Positions 19,525-28,823 of a DNA stretch of 64,000 bases are shown in pieces. This DNA is from a virus (lineage: Duplodnaviria; Caudoviricetes), in IMG/VR virus record IMGVR_UViG_3300031993_000015, one strand, 5' to 3'. Position numbers and translations under genes: made by a program. The notes under the pieces were generated by a model. The model did not search any database and was not told the origin of the DNA. It worked only from the letters and a program-made list of their open reading frames with translations. The stretch's first letter is position 1; every line of letters starts with the position of its first letter.

Positions 19525-20948
19525 TGGAACAAATCAGAATCACAGCAAAGGGCGTCTATACGTACATGGACGGCGAGATGATTCGAGGCTGGGAAGAGTA
19601 CAAATCAGCCAAGGATCTGATCGGGTTCGTGAGCAAGTTCGACGACCCTGTGCAGCCACAGCTCGACTGGGTGGGCGGCAAGATAAGCAAGGCAGTGATA
19701 GAACCCGTACTGGGCACCATCAAGCACTATCCGAAGATGGAAACGGGCTACATCCTGTGCTACAACCGCTTCACGAAGGAGTGGATGGTGAAGTGTCCGG
19801 AGCAGACAGGTTCCGGTGGCGCCGTGAAGTTCAAGTTTGACAGCAGTGAGCTGCCGAAAGGATTTCTCGCGGTCGGTACCATCCACACGCACCCAGGCAT
19901 GCAGGCTTTCTGGTCCGGCACGGACTTGAGAGACCAGCAGTTGTGGTACGGCATACATGTCGTGTTCGGGCTCAAGGACGGAAAGGTGGACACGCACCTG
20001 ATCACCATCTTCTCGCCCAGAGGCCAGTACAACAAGCAACACGACGACCTGTTCGAGCAGGACGTTGACTTCAAGGCGGATTGTGAGCTTAATGCCGACT
20101 GGGTGAAGACCATCGACAAGCAGTTCGCAGAGAAGCCGAAGAAAAAGAGGCCGACCGTACTGTCTGTCAGGAACATGTTCCTCGACATACCGGAACAGGA
20201 TTTCAAAGTTCCGCGCAGAACAGACATCAGGCTGCCTGAGTTCGGTCACTTCCTGGTCAAAACCTACGGATATGACCCGGATTCGATCCATGACATCTAC
20301 GACAACAATGATGTCATGGAGACCGAACAGGATGTCAAGGATGCCTTCTATCAGAGCCAGGATAACTACTTTGATGATACGCTGCTTGGCAAGCAGTGCG
20401 CTCAGTTCTGGCGCGATGGACAGGTACCTGACGAGCTGATGCAGATCCCGATCACGAAGAACATCGCCAGTCTGGCAGTTGTACTGCTGCGCATGTTCCC
20501 GGCTGACTGGATCCGCACTGTTCACGGAGCAGAGAACCTGAAGGCTCACGAGAACATCGTCAACGTCCTGATGCAGTACCTTCCGCCGTCCACGGTGGCG
20601 GCTATGCTGGAGGACGGCATCGAGGGCATCGGCTACGACGACGAAGAGATGTCGAATCCGTTCTGCATCGGAATGGCGTGGTACTACGCCATGAACGTTG
20701 TACGTCAGGCTGAGGCGATACTCAAAGAGAGCAAGCTCGAAATCAGGCTCACACCGAATGACCTGGACCGTGTGCTCAACAGTTGCGCGGCGCACGGACC
20801 GACAGGTACGAAAGACATTCCGACGCTCACATGGCAGGCTATGAGCGTGCTGACCTACGTGCTGCTGCACAGGGGACATCACGCCAGCGACATCTGTCTG
20901 CTGTGGGAGATATACGAACGGATGCGCAACGAAAAGAGGATCTGGTAA
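19524..20948 (+). CDS. JAB/MPN metallopeptidase with long C-terminal extension
   Basis: E(TG)...GTIHTHPGMQAFWSGTD matches JAMM E-HxH-x7-S-xx-D. Confidence 0.85.
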   Translation: MEQIRITAKGVYTYMDGEMIRGWEEYKSAKDLIGFVSKFDDPVQPQLDWVGGKISKAVIEPVLGTIKHYPKMETGYILCYNRFTKEWMVKCPEQTGSGGAVKFKFDSSELPKGFLAVGTIHTHPGMQAFWSGTDLRDQQLWYGIHVVFGLKDGKVDTHLITIFSPRGQYNKQHDDLFEQDVDFKADCELNADWVKTIDKQFAEKPKKKRPTVLSVRNMFLDIPEQDFKVPRRTDIRLPEFGHFLVKTYGYDPDSIHDIYDNNDVMETEQDVKDAFYQSQDNYFDDTLLGKQCAQFWRDGQVPDELMQIPITKNIASLAVVLLRMFPADWIRTVHGAENLKAHENIVNVLMQYLPPSTVAAMLEDGIEGIGYDDEEMSNPFCIGMAWYYAMNVVRQAEAILKESKLEIRLTPNDLDRVLNSCAAHGPTGTKDIPTLTWQAMSVLTYVLLHRGHHASDICLLWEIYERMRNEKRIW

Positions 20949-21875
20949 ATGCTGAACATCTACGTCATCGGGTGCGGTGGCATCGGTGGGTATTTGCTGG
21001 ATCTCTTGCCGGAGACGTTCGGGAGCCTGCTCCTGGACTCGATGGAGAAAGGACTCGCAGAGTCCGCTTTCACCAAGCACCTTGAATCGTTCGGAAGCGA
21101 GGTCGTTCCGCAACTTGTGGACCGGCTCGTGCTTATCGACGGAGACGATTTCTCACCCAGGAATGCGCTGAGGCAGGGTTATGGCACAGGCAACAAGTTG
21201 CAGACCCGCATCGACGATTTCCTTGAGAAGATCGACAAGAAAGCCATCCGGCGTACGTATCTGCGCCTGATGGATGTAATCGGTTACAATCAGTATCTCG
21301 CGCCCTGGAACATGCCGGCGATCATTCCGAAGAAGCCGCCGGAGAACATCAACAACCAGGGCGGGATATTCACAGATACGAATAGCACACAGAAGTCAAT
21401 CGAAGACCTCAGCTATCCTGGTGGCAGAGATGTGACTGTTGTGTTCGTTTGTGTGGACAATCATAAGACTCGCTACGAGGTCAGTCGTTATGCCGAAGAG
21501 TTCGACAACATCGTCGTCATCAATGGCGGCAATGAGAAAACGACTGGCAACGTCACCATCTACGAAAGGCGGGACGGGGTCGCATTGGATCCCAATCTGC
21601 CGGACGTCTATACCGAGATTACACCTGATGCGGACTTGCGTCCGGATGAGACGGACCCTTGCACGCACGTCTCTCCCAAACATGATCAGGTGGCTGTCAC
21701 GAATAACATCGTGGCTGCTCTCATGCTGAAGGTGTTCACCATCTGGTTCCGCACAGGGATGAACATCTACGGTCCGGGCAAGAACCAGCGCCGGAACGAA
21801 GTATTACTGGACCTGGATACATTAGAAATGTTCCCGGTCTATCATCCACCACGCAAACAACCGAAAGGCTCATAA
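20949..21875 (+). CDS. ThiF/E1-like adenylating enzyme
   Basis: VIGCGGIG, IDGDDFSPRNALRQ, VCVDN, INGGN, candidate thioester Cys in DPCTH. Confidence 0.88.
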   Translation: MLNIYVIGCGGIGGYLLDLLPETFGSLLLDSMEKGLAESAFTKHLESFGSEVVPQLVDRLVLIDGDDFSPRNALRQGYGTGNKLQTRIDDFLEKIDKKAIRRTYLRLMDVIGYNQYLAPWNMPAIIPKKPPENINNQGGIFTDTNSTQKSIEDLSYPGGRDVTVVFVCVDNHKTRYEVSRYAEEFDNIVVINGGNEKTTGNVTIYERRDGVALDPNLPDVYTEITPDADLRPDETDPCTHVSPKHDQVAVTNNIVAALMLKVFTIWFRTGMNIYGPGKNQRRNEVLLDLDTLEMFPVYHPPRKQPKGS

Positions 21876-21876
21876 C

Positions 21877-22281
21877 ATGAGTATCAACGTGAGTGCCCTG
21901 GTCTTCTCCTCCAGGGATCTTCAGAACATCAACGTCGATGACGGCATGACTGTCGGAGAGTTCCGCAATTTCTGCTATGGCGCAGGCTACGATGTGGTCG
22001 GCGCACGCACCCGCTTCGTCCGTAACGGCAAGATCCATATCGGCCGTGTCGATCCTGTCAGACTGCAGGAAGACGACCAGGTCTGGTTCGAGACCGAGAA
22101 CGTGGTCGGCGGCCACAAGGTCGTCTACAACGGTCAGAAGACCGCCACGTGCGGATGCTGCTGTGGTACCAAGCAGGCACCCAATGCAGAAAGCCTTGAG
22201 AAGGCGGCCATCCGTTCCATGATTGGCAGCCTCCAGGACGCCATCAATGACCTCAATGCACGTCTCAGCACCCTTCGCTGA
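21877..22281 (+). CDS. ubiquitin-like (beta-grasp) protein with internal GG (aa 78-79) and C-terminal extension
   Basis: DGMTVGEF...RNG...LQEDDQVWF...VVGG pattern typical of Ubl/ThiS. Confidence 0.72.
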   Translation: MSINVSALVFSSRDLQNINVDDGMTVGEFRNFCYGAGYDVVGARTRFVRNGKIHIGRVDPVRLQEDDQVWFETENVVGGHKVVYNGQKTATCGCCCGTKQAPNAESLEKAAIRSMIGSLQDAINDLNARLSTLR

Positions 22282-22338
22282 ATCTGAAACACTCAATGAC
22301 ATAACAGCCGCTATAGTAAGGCGGCAGGAGAAATCTAT

Positions 22339-23040
22339 ATGAAGACTATCACCATCAACAGCAGCAACGCCACCCGCGAGTTCGAAGCCAGCGACCTCGA
22401 TACCGTCAACACCATCCTCGATCACGCCGAGACCAGGAAGTTCTTCGGCTTCGACGAATACAACAAGGACGAGGCCTATTCCGTTCTGGTCAGCCACGTT
22501 ACGACTATCGAGAACGGCAAGGACAACTTCAACCTCGCCAACATGTCCGAGGGCTTCAAGAAGGCGATCCTCAACGGCGTCCTCGAAGACGGCGCCGTCA
22601 TCAACATCGACTACTTCAGCGCCGAGGACAACGACGGCAACCAGGTCGATCAGGACGACACCGCCGATGACGATCACGATGATGTGTTCGATGACAACGG
22701 CGATGCCGGCTTCGGTCAGAACGATGCGCAGGAAGCAGCTGCTCCGCAGGAAACCACCGCAGGTCCGGTCCGTCACGGCATCGTGAAGGTCATGACCAAC
22801 GGCGGCATGGTCGGCACCAACGTCGAGATCATCGACGGCGTCACCACTGTACAGGAAGCGATCTACAGCGATCTCGTGAAGGCTCGCTCCGGCATGGATG
22901 AAACCGCCATCAGCAACTGCATGGTGCTCCTCGACGGAGACACCATCAACGCCAACCATCTCACGACCCGCGTGCTCCACAGCGGCGACACTATCGACCT
23001 CACTCCGCGCTTCGCGGCCTCGAAGGGACTCGCTGACTGA
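22339..23040 (+). CDS. tandem ubiquitin-like domain protein ending ...AASKG-LAD
   Basis: Two beta-grasp-like segments (DTVNTIL...LEDGAVINI; TTVQEAI...LDG...LHSGDTIDL) joined by an acidic linker; AGGAG RBS. Confidence 0.68.
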   Translation: MKTITINSSNATREFEASDLDTVNTILDHAETRKFFGFDEYNKDEAYSVLVSHVTTIENGKDNFNLANMSEGFKKAILNGVLEDGAVINIDYFSAEDNDGNQVDQDDTADDDHDDVFDDNGDAGFGQNDAQEAAAPQETTAGPVRHGIVKVMTNGGMVGTNVEIIDGVTTVQEAIYSDLVKARSGMDETAISNCMVLLDGDTINANHLTTRVLHSGDTIDLTPRFAASKGLAD

Positions 23041-23546
23041 TGAATCCACGGCATTGGAAAATAGTCATACCCGTTCGCCCAAAGGCTGTTCAGTCAGTCA
23101 AGAGCGGGCGTGGCCGTTTCCATGCCGACAGAAAAGTCATAGCCTGGAAGAACTCGATCAGACCTTTCATCGCAAAGAGCTGTAAGGGTTCTCCCAGTGC
23201 TTTGCCCATCCGTGTCATAGCCCTTCGCTACATCTTCCAGCTCCCGCAGTATGCACCTTTGCACATACGCAAGTATGTCGAGCAGGGCGGCTACGTACCG
23301 TACCTGCAGAAGGTGGACCTGACGGACAACCTGTCCAAGGGAGTGATTGATGTCTGCAAGGGCTATGTCTTTGAAGATGACAGCCAGATCTGGCATGTCT
23401 GCGACACCATGAAGCTGTACGGAACCAGCGACCGTATAGAATTGGAGTTTGAAGAGACGCCGGATGTTGTGCTGTTGCACGCAAAAGGAGAGACAGTCCA
23501 TGACACTCCAGACCAAGTTCTTGGCGACGGAGGATTTACTTTTTGA
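23040..23546 (+). CDS. rusA: RusA-family Holliday junction resolvase
   Basis: DLTDNLSKGVID...FEDDSQI catalytic motif. Confidence 0.8.
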   Translation: MNPRHWKIVIPVRPKAVQSVKSGRGRFHADRKVIAWKNSIRPFIAKSCKGSPSALPIRVIALRYIFQLPQYAPLHIRKYVEQGGYVPYLQKVDLTDNLSKGVIDVCKGYVFEDDSQIWHVCDTMKLYGTSDRIELEFEETPDVVLLHAKGETVHDTPDQVLGDGGFTF

Positions 23547-23856
23547 GCGCGATGCGCTGCACGGTCTTGTGGACACACTGTGGAAAGACTACGTCCTAAA
23601 CAGGGGCGGTGTTTACAAGATCATGTCCGATGCCCTCGGCAAGCCCAATGTGCATATCAGCGATATGACCACGGAGGAGATGGCGAAGGTAGTGGAAGTC
23701 GTGCAGCCGATGGTCGCCCGGCACCTGAAGCGTATCTGTCACTGTTGCAAGAACGGTTACAAGAGTACGCTCGGCCTGTACCGTTGTGCGCTGACTGGCA
23801 ACTTCTCCCTGACCTACAGAGAGGAATGCCATGCTCTTTCCGGCGACAACGTTTGA
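23500..23856 (+). CDS. hypothetical protein, DUF3268-like helical region plus Cys-rich tail
   Basis: LH..VDTLWK...Y..MS..LG...HISDM pattern; AAGGAG RBS. Confidence 0.55.
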   Translation: MTLQTKFLATEDLLFERDALHGLVDTLWKDYVLNRGGVYKIMSDALGKPNVHISDMTTEEMAKVVEVVQPMVARHLKRICHCCKNGYKSTLGLYRCALTGNFSLTYREECHALSGDNV

Positions 23857-24214
23857 TCCCGCCCGCTGCAGGGCAGACTTCTTCTTTTGCCTGTCCTTCA
23901 GTGAGATACCGCAACGAGAGCTCAAGGCTATCGTCCGACTTGTCCAATTTTCAACTCCAAGTTCAATTTCTGTCAAGCAGTATCGCAAGACAGTGCGAAT
24001 CAGGGTTGCAGTCAAGCAGGTCGAGTGTGCGTTCCCCCTTACAGGGATGGCGACGTTCACAAGCTACGAGCACAACATTATCTATCGTGCTGTGCGTAAC
24101 GCAGAGAGCGCCGTGGATTCTATCTACGACTTTATCGTGCAGACGCACCACATGATAGAAACCATGAAAGGAGACTTCGAATGGCAGCAGAATCTGCCAG
24201 CCCGTCTGGTCTGA
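23831..24214 (+). CDS. hypothetical protein
   Basis: GAGGA RBS; fills the gap. Confidence 0.55.
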   Translation: MLFPATTFDPARCRADFFFCLSFSEIPQRELKAIVRLVQFSTPSSISVKQYRKTVRIRVAVKQVECAFPLTGMATFTSYEHNIIYRAVRNAESAVDSIYDFIVQTHHMIETMKGDFEWQQNLPARLV

Positions 24215-25512
24215 CCAAGAAAGACCAAAGACTCGTGGAGCTGTTCCGGAAAACCGTGAACTATCCCGACATCAAGAAGGCGGCGCATTATCTGCACCAG
24301 GGCAAAGTCTACGACCTGTGCGGTTGGATGTTTCTTGTCCGGCCGCCCTCGCCATCAGAAGAACACGTCATGAAGCCGGATACGCTATATCCGTACACGG
24401 GAAGCACTAACAAACTGGCAATCAGTGAGATACGTGAGTTTCACAAGCTCGATCCAGCCGTATCTCTCAGCCAGGATCCCGTGGTCATAAATGGACTGTG
24501 GCCGGCTATCCAGGATAACGAGTTTATGGTCTGTAAAGAAAAGACTATGGGGGCATGTCCCAATGCGCTCCTGCTCCTGGAAAATGACAACGAAGGTAAG
24601 ACACGGAAGATCAGCCGTCTCGCGGCGCTTGACAGCAGTTCGTCCCTGCTGGCCCTTCCTCTGCGTACGTACACCTTCCGTACCAAGTATGACCTTCCGG
24701 CATGGCTTGACGAATACAAGTTGAGCCTGCGTGTGTTCTTCCCGAACTGCTGCCCTGTGCTTGTGGCGCTCGGTGACGCGACCGTACTGGTCTGCGTGCT
24801 GGGCATCACAGCCAATCCTCTCTATCCGCCAATCGGGTACAACGGACACTTCTACCAGCTCGACGGCTGGAAAGAGGATGCCCGTGCTTTCAGCCGTGCC
24901 CGCAAACTCAAACCAAAGGAACTGAAAATGAACCTTCCGAAACCGTTCACCAAGCCCGCTGCTCCGCCTGAATCTGCAACAGTCGAAGCGCCCGCTGAAC
25001 CCCTGCCCTCCAATACTGCTGATGCGCATGTCGAGGATGTGCAGGCTGAAAATGTCACCAACGTCCCCGAAGCGCCTGTCAAGAAGCCGACTCTGAAGCG
25101 CTCTGCTCCGAAAGTCACGGTGCCGGCGCCCGCTCCTGTGCAGGAACCCGAAGAAGCTGAGGAACCTGCCGGAGAGCCTATGGGCGAGACCACCAAGGAT
25201 GGCTATACCGCACCGCCCGCTTCCCAGATCAATACGGAGCCCGGTCTGGATGCTCCGGCTGAGAAGAAGCGTACCCGCAAAGCTGCGCCGGTCGTTCCGG
25301 TCGGGTTCGACTTCGCACCGGTCATCGAGTACACTGGCAGTGCTCTGCCGGAGGATCTCACGGCCGACCAGATCGAAGCTGAAGCACGCTCCCTGCGCGA
25401 CCTCGGCATCAACATCCAGCGCCGTCAGGCGAATCTGCTGTTTGCCATGCGCAAGTGCGGCAGTGCAAGTGATGCCAAGCTCAAGGCTCTGGCTGAGCTC
25501 CTCGGAAAATGA
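24181..25512 (+). CDS. hypothetical protein with Pro/Ala/Glu-rich linker and helical C-terminus
   Basis: AAGGAG RBS; composition. Confidence 0.75.
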   Translation: MAAESASPSGLTKKDQRLVELFRKTVNYPDIKKAAHYLHQGKVYDLCGWMFLVRPPSPSEEHVMKPDTLYPYTGSTNKLAISEIREFHKLDPAVSLSQDPVVINGLWPAIQDNEFMVCKEKTMGACPNALLLLENDNEGKTRKISRLAALDSSSSLLALPLRTYTFRTKYDLPAWLDEYKLSLRVFFPNCCPVLVALGDATVLVCVLGITANPLYPPIGYNGHFYQLDGWKEDARAFSRARKLKPKELKMNLPKPFTKPAAPPESATVEAPAEPLPSNTADAHVEDVQAENVTNVPEAPVKKPTLKRSAPKVTVPAPAPVQEPEEAEEPAGEPMGETTKDGYTAPPASQINTEPGLDAPAEKKRTRKAAPVVPVGFDFAPVIEYTGSALPEDLTADQIEAEARSLRDLGINIQRRQANLLFAMRKCGSASDAKLKALAELLGK

Positions 25513-27041
25513 GCCGCGCAACCAGAAGGCTTCACGCCCTGGTTAACGACATCCTGGATCAGTGTACCTGTCAGCAGGCAATCATCGAAGCATACAACAA
25601 CCCGGAGTTCAATGCGCTGGCCGCAGAGCGTGATGCTCAAGGTTGGAGCAACAAACTGCACGGTGAGTTGAATTTCTTCGGTGAGCCTGGTGACAGGAAC
25701 CTTCTGTGCATTGATGGCAGAATACATGGGCACTGCGAGTGTTTGCGTGACTGCCTGATAGGAGACGGCATAGACCTGCAGGTCGGTGAGAACTGCGTCA
25801 TTATCGGATGCACGTTCACGCGGGCTTTCAGGATCAGCCTAACGGAAGAAAGTAACCAGGAGCTCAATGCCAGACACAGGGTCATTATCGGAGACAACTC
25901 GGTCATCATCGGCTGCGCGTTCCGTGACTCCGTGACTGTCGGCAGGGATTCCAAGATTCTGATGTCGGCACTGACACAGGTGAACATCGGCAAGCGTGCC
26001 AGAATCGTGTGGTCGTCTGTGCTGATGAAGTTTGGGCACATCGGTGACGACCTGACCATGATGCACTCTGTGCTGTCAACGGATCCTGCTGTCATCGGGG
26101 ACCGCGCATTGTTCGGCGACGGTCTGCTGTCGATACTCGATTACAGGATGGTGCTGGAGACATATACGCTGACAATCAGGAAATACATGAGAGCGCGTCT
26201 GTCTCTGTTTTGGATTTCAGCGAACATCACCAGCATCATGTATGAGAGTATTGAGAGCTGTGACCGTAAGATCAGGGAAGCTACGGAACGTGGCGAAGAA
26301 TGGCGCAGACCGCAGAAGCGTGTACAGGCATGTCATGGAGAAGACCAGGTCCAGAAGCTCGGCATCATGAACAAGGTGCCGTTCAACAACCCGCTGTCCT
26401 ACAACTGGGAAAACAAGTTCTACCCGTTGTTGTTCCAGGTCGCGGACAACATCCGTGACAAGAACGCAGAGGGTGAGGAATACTTCCGTGCCATGAACTG
26501 TACTGCCGAGGACTTCTACACAGGGCAGAAGAAGCGCATCAGAATTGGGAACGATTTCACTGTGCTGACGTCACAGGCGTTCCGCATGGGATCCATCGGA
26601 AACTCCAGCAGGAATCATCCTTATGCCACAGCACGTGCACCGGGCGGAATGAGCAAGCTGTCCTGGGAAATGAACATCAGGCAGGACTACGATTTCCAAG
26701 CAGGAAACAACGTGACCATTACGGCGTTCGGCACCTGGATGGAGAACGGATTCCCTGACTGCAACGACAACGTCGGCAGACTGGTTCTGCAGGATGGAGC
26801 CACGCTGTACATCGACAGGCCCAGCATCTTCCGGTACAACAAGATACAGGACAACAACCCGCTGCTCCGTGTCCGTGTGACCAACAACGGTTCCAACCAC
26901 AGCTGGCCGGTCACGTGTGCCATCACAGTCAGCAGGAAGGCCAGACTCTATGTCAAGGGCTTCGCATCGGTACTGGCAGGCAACGATGATTCTTCGTTCT
27001 CGACGCTTACAGTAGAACCAGGACAAACAGCAGTCATTTAA
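25509..27041 (+). CDS. hexapeptide-repeat (left-handed beta-helix)-containing protein
   Basis: VGENCVI, IGDNSVI, VGRDSKI, IGKRARI, IGDRALF repeats. Confidence 0.6.
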   Translation: MSRATRRLHALVNDILDQCTCQQAIIEAYNNPEFNALAAERDAQGWSNKLHGELNFFGEPGDRNLLCIDGRIHGHCECLRDCLIGDGIDLQVGENCVIIGCTFTRAFRISLTEESNQELNARHRVIIGDNSVIIGCAFRDSVTVGRDSKILMSALTQVNIGKRARIVWSSVLMKFGHIGDDLTMMHSVLSTDPAVIGDRALFGDGLLSILDYRMVLETYTLTIRKYMRARLSLFWISANITSIMYESIESCDRKIREATERGEEWRRPQKRVQACHGEDQVQKLGIMNKVPFNNPLSYNWENKFYPLLFQVADNIRDKNAEGEEYFRAMNCTAEDFYTGQKKRIRIGNDFTVLTSQAFRMGSIGNSSRNHPYATARAPGGMSKLSWEMNIRQDYDFQAGNNVTITAFGTWMENGFPDCNDNVGRLVLQDGATLYIDRPSIFRYNKIQDNNPLLRVRVTNNGSNHSWPVTCAITVSRKARLYVKGFASVLAGNDDSSFSTLTVEPGQTAVI

Positions 27042-27052
27042 GGAGACCAGTC

Positions 27053-27610
27053 ATGGCTTTAACCAAAGAAGCAAGAGACCTCCTGGGTGCACGGTATAAG
27101 GAAGACTCGAATACGCAAGGAAAGACCACAGCCACAGGGATGATAAAGAACTCCCAGGGCGTGCTGGTCATTCCTCCCTCGATGGTCAGTCCGAAGACCA
27201 AGCACGGCGCACTGGTGGTGGACAACGACGGTCTGCCTATCGCCAGAGAAACAGCGCCGGCTCCCCAACCGGAACCCCAGGAAGAACAGGCTCCCGCCAA
27301 GAAGGGCAGGAAGCGCAAACAAGCAACGGCGGAAACGCCGTCCAAGCCGCAGCTCGTAAGAGTTGATATCACTATGAACGGACTCGGAAAGATCCCGGCG
27401 CAGTACACTCGCTGCTGCATCGGCAATGACCACGCGCTGCTGGGTCTGGCCGACGTGTCGTTCATTCCAGAGCAGGCGCTCAGTGACGGTAATGGTAACT
27501 ATAGGAACGTGTTGCAGTTAAGCACGGACCCCGGAGTGAACTATATCTTCACCGGAAGCACCAATAACATAGACGGAATCAAACACATACTGCTGTGGAA
27601 GATTTCGTAG
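27053..27610 (+). CDS. hypothetical protein
   Basis: AAGGAG RBS. Confidence 0.7.
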   Translation: MALTKEARDLLGARYKEDSNTQGKTTATGMIKNSQGVLVIPPSMVSPKTKHGALVVDNDGLPIARETAPAPQPEPQEEQAPAKKGRKRKQATAETPSKPQLVRVDITMNGLGKIPAQYTRCCIGNDHALLGLADVSFIPEQALSDGNGNYRNVLQLSTDPGVNYIFTGSTNNIDGIKHILLWKIS

Positions 27611-27623
27611 GAGAAAAGACACC

Positions 27624-27785
27624 ATGATGGAAAAGAATAGCGCAGAAAACAAAGTCTGCACTAAATGCAGCAACGACGCACTTCCTGGAACGAATCCGCC
27701 GGTCTGCGCCGAGCATCTGCTCGACAAGACAGCGTCGGAAGACGACCAGCCGTCCACACTGAAGGAACTGGATGCCCAGGATTGA
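27624..27785 (+). CDS. small Cys/His protein, 53 aa (below ORF-track cutoff)
   Basis: AGGAG RBS; CTKC...CAEH. Confidence 0.6.
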   Translation: MMEKNSAENKVCTKCSNDALPGTNPPVCAEHLLDKTASEDDQPSTLKELDAQD

Positions 27786-27917
27786 CACATGGGCATCCTT
27801 GAGTTTTTCTTCGGGTATTACGCAGGTATGGTGTTTGCCTTTCCCGTGATGCTCGTGGTCAGTTTGTTCGTTTACACGTGGGGAAGCAGGAAGTGATTCA
27901 CAAACCAAGGAGATTTC

Positions 27918-28823
27918 ATGGTACGAATCATCCCACAAACCGCAACAAGAATACACTTCGCCAACCCGCTTGAGGCCGCCGAGTATGCAGCGAGAATCTG
28001 CTACAGAAGCGACACCCATGACAGGGGGCCGGAAGCACGGAAGAAATTCCTGACCGGCTTGGCAAACAGAAAACATGGCACGCCGTTCGAGCATGCGTGG
28101 CTCAACCTGAACGAGCAGGACTTCACTCCAGAGGAGCGCGGTAACATCAGGCTTATCATCAGTTCCGGTGATCTGAACTCGGTGTTTCCCGTTGATGAAC
28201 TCCTGTACGACGAAGGAACACGGACGGTCACAGCCAACATGAGGACGTTACTCCGCATGTTCGGTATTGACCGTACCTTCCAGCTCATGGACAAAGCCTG
28301 GTCATGCACAACTGGCGTTCACACGTTCGAGATCATTACGTCGAGGGCCATCGGAAACCAGCTCATCAGACACCGCGCCCTGTCGTTCGTACAGGCGTGG
28401 CAGCTGCCTGAGCCTTCCATCAACCAGGAGAGTCTCCGCTGGGTCAGAATGGACGACCCGGTGGTCTGCCTGTCGGAGGGCTATCAGAAGGAGCTGAACG
28501 AGGACCCCGGCGCGATGCACATCTGGCGCACCAGCTGTCAGAGATCGTTTGAGGCTTACAGTGAACTCGTAAGCAAGGGCTTCAAGAAGGAGCTCGCAAG
28601 AACGGTACTGCCGCTGGCTACGGCTACTCGCATCCTGATGACGGCTCCGATCAATGTCTGGTATGAGTTCCTGAAGCTCAGACTGGAGAAAGGTGCGGAG
28701 CCCATGATGCAGGAGCTCGCCGAAAGCATCTACAAGGAACTGAAGACGGAGTTTCGCATCAAGCACTTTGATGTGAACTGCTCGCCTTTCACAGACCACG
28801 ATGAAACAGGTACCGATCAGTAA
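27918..28823 (+). CDS. thyX: flavin-dependent thymidylate synthase
   Basis: ARICY, HGTPFEH, SRAIGNQLIRHR..SF, QESLR, KELARTVLP, FLKLR. Confidence 0.9.
   Translation: MVRIIPQTATRIHFANPLEAAEYAARICYRSDTHDRGPEARKKFLTGLANRKHGTPFEHAWLNLNEQDFTPEERGNIRLIISSGDLNSVFPVDELLYDEGTRTVTANMRTLLRMFGIDRTFQLMDKAWSCTTGVHTFEIITSRAIGNQLIRHRALSFVQAWQLPEPSINQESLRWVRMDDPVVCLSEGYQKELNEDPGAMHIWRTSCQRSFEAYSELVSKGFKKELARTVLPLATATRILMTAPINVWYEFLKLRLEKGAEPMMQELAESIYKELKTEFRIKHFDVNCSPFTDHDETGTDQ

Noticed and set aside
7525-23049. Long - strand ORFs (7525-8997, 17916-19334, 19605-21113, 21736-23049)
   Set aside because: They are antisense shadows of codon-biased + strand genes that have clear motifs or RBSs; they show no motifs of their own
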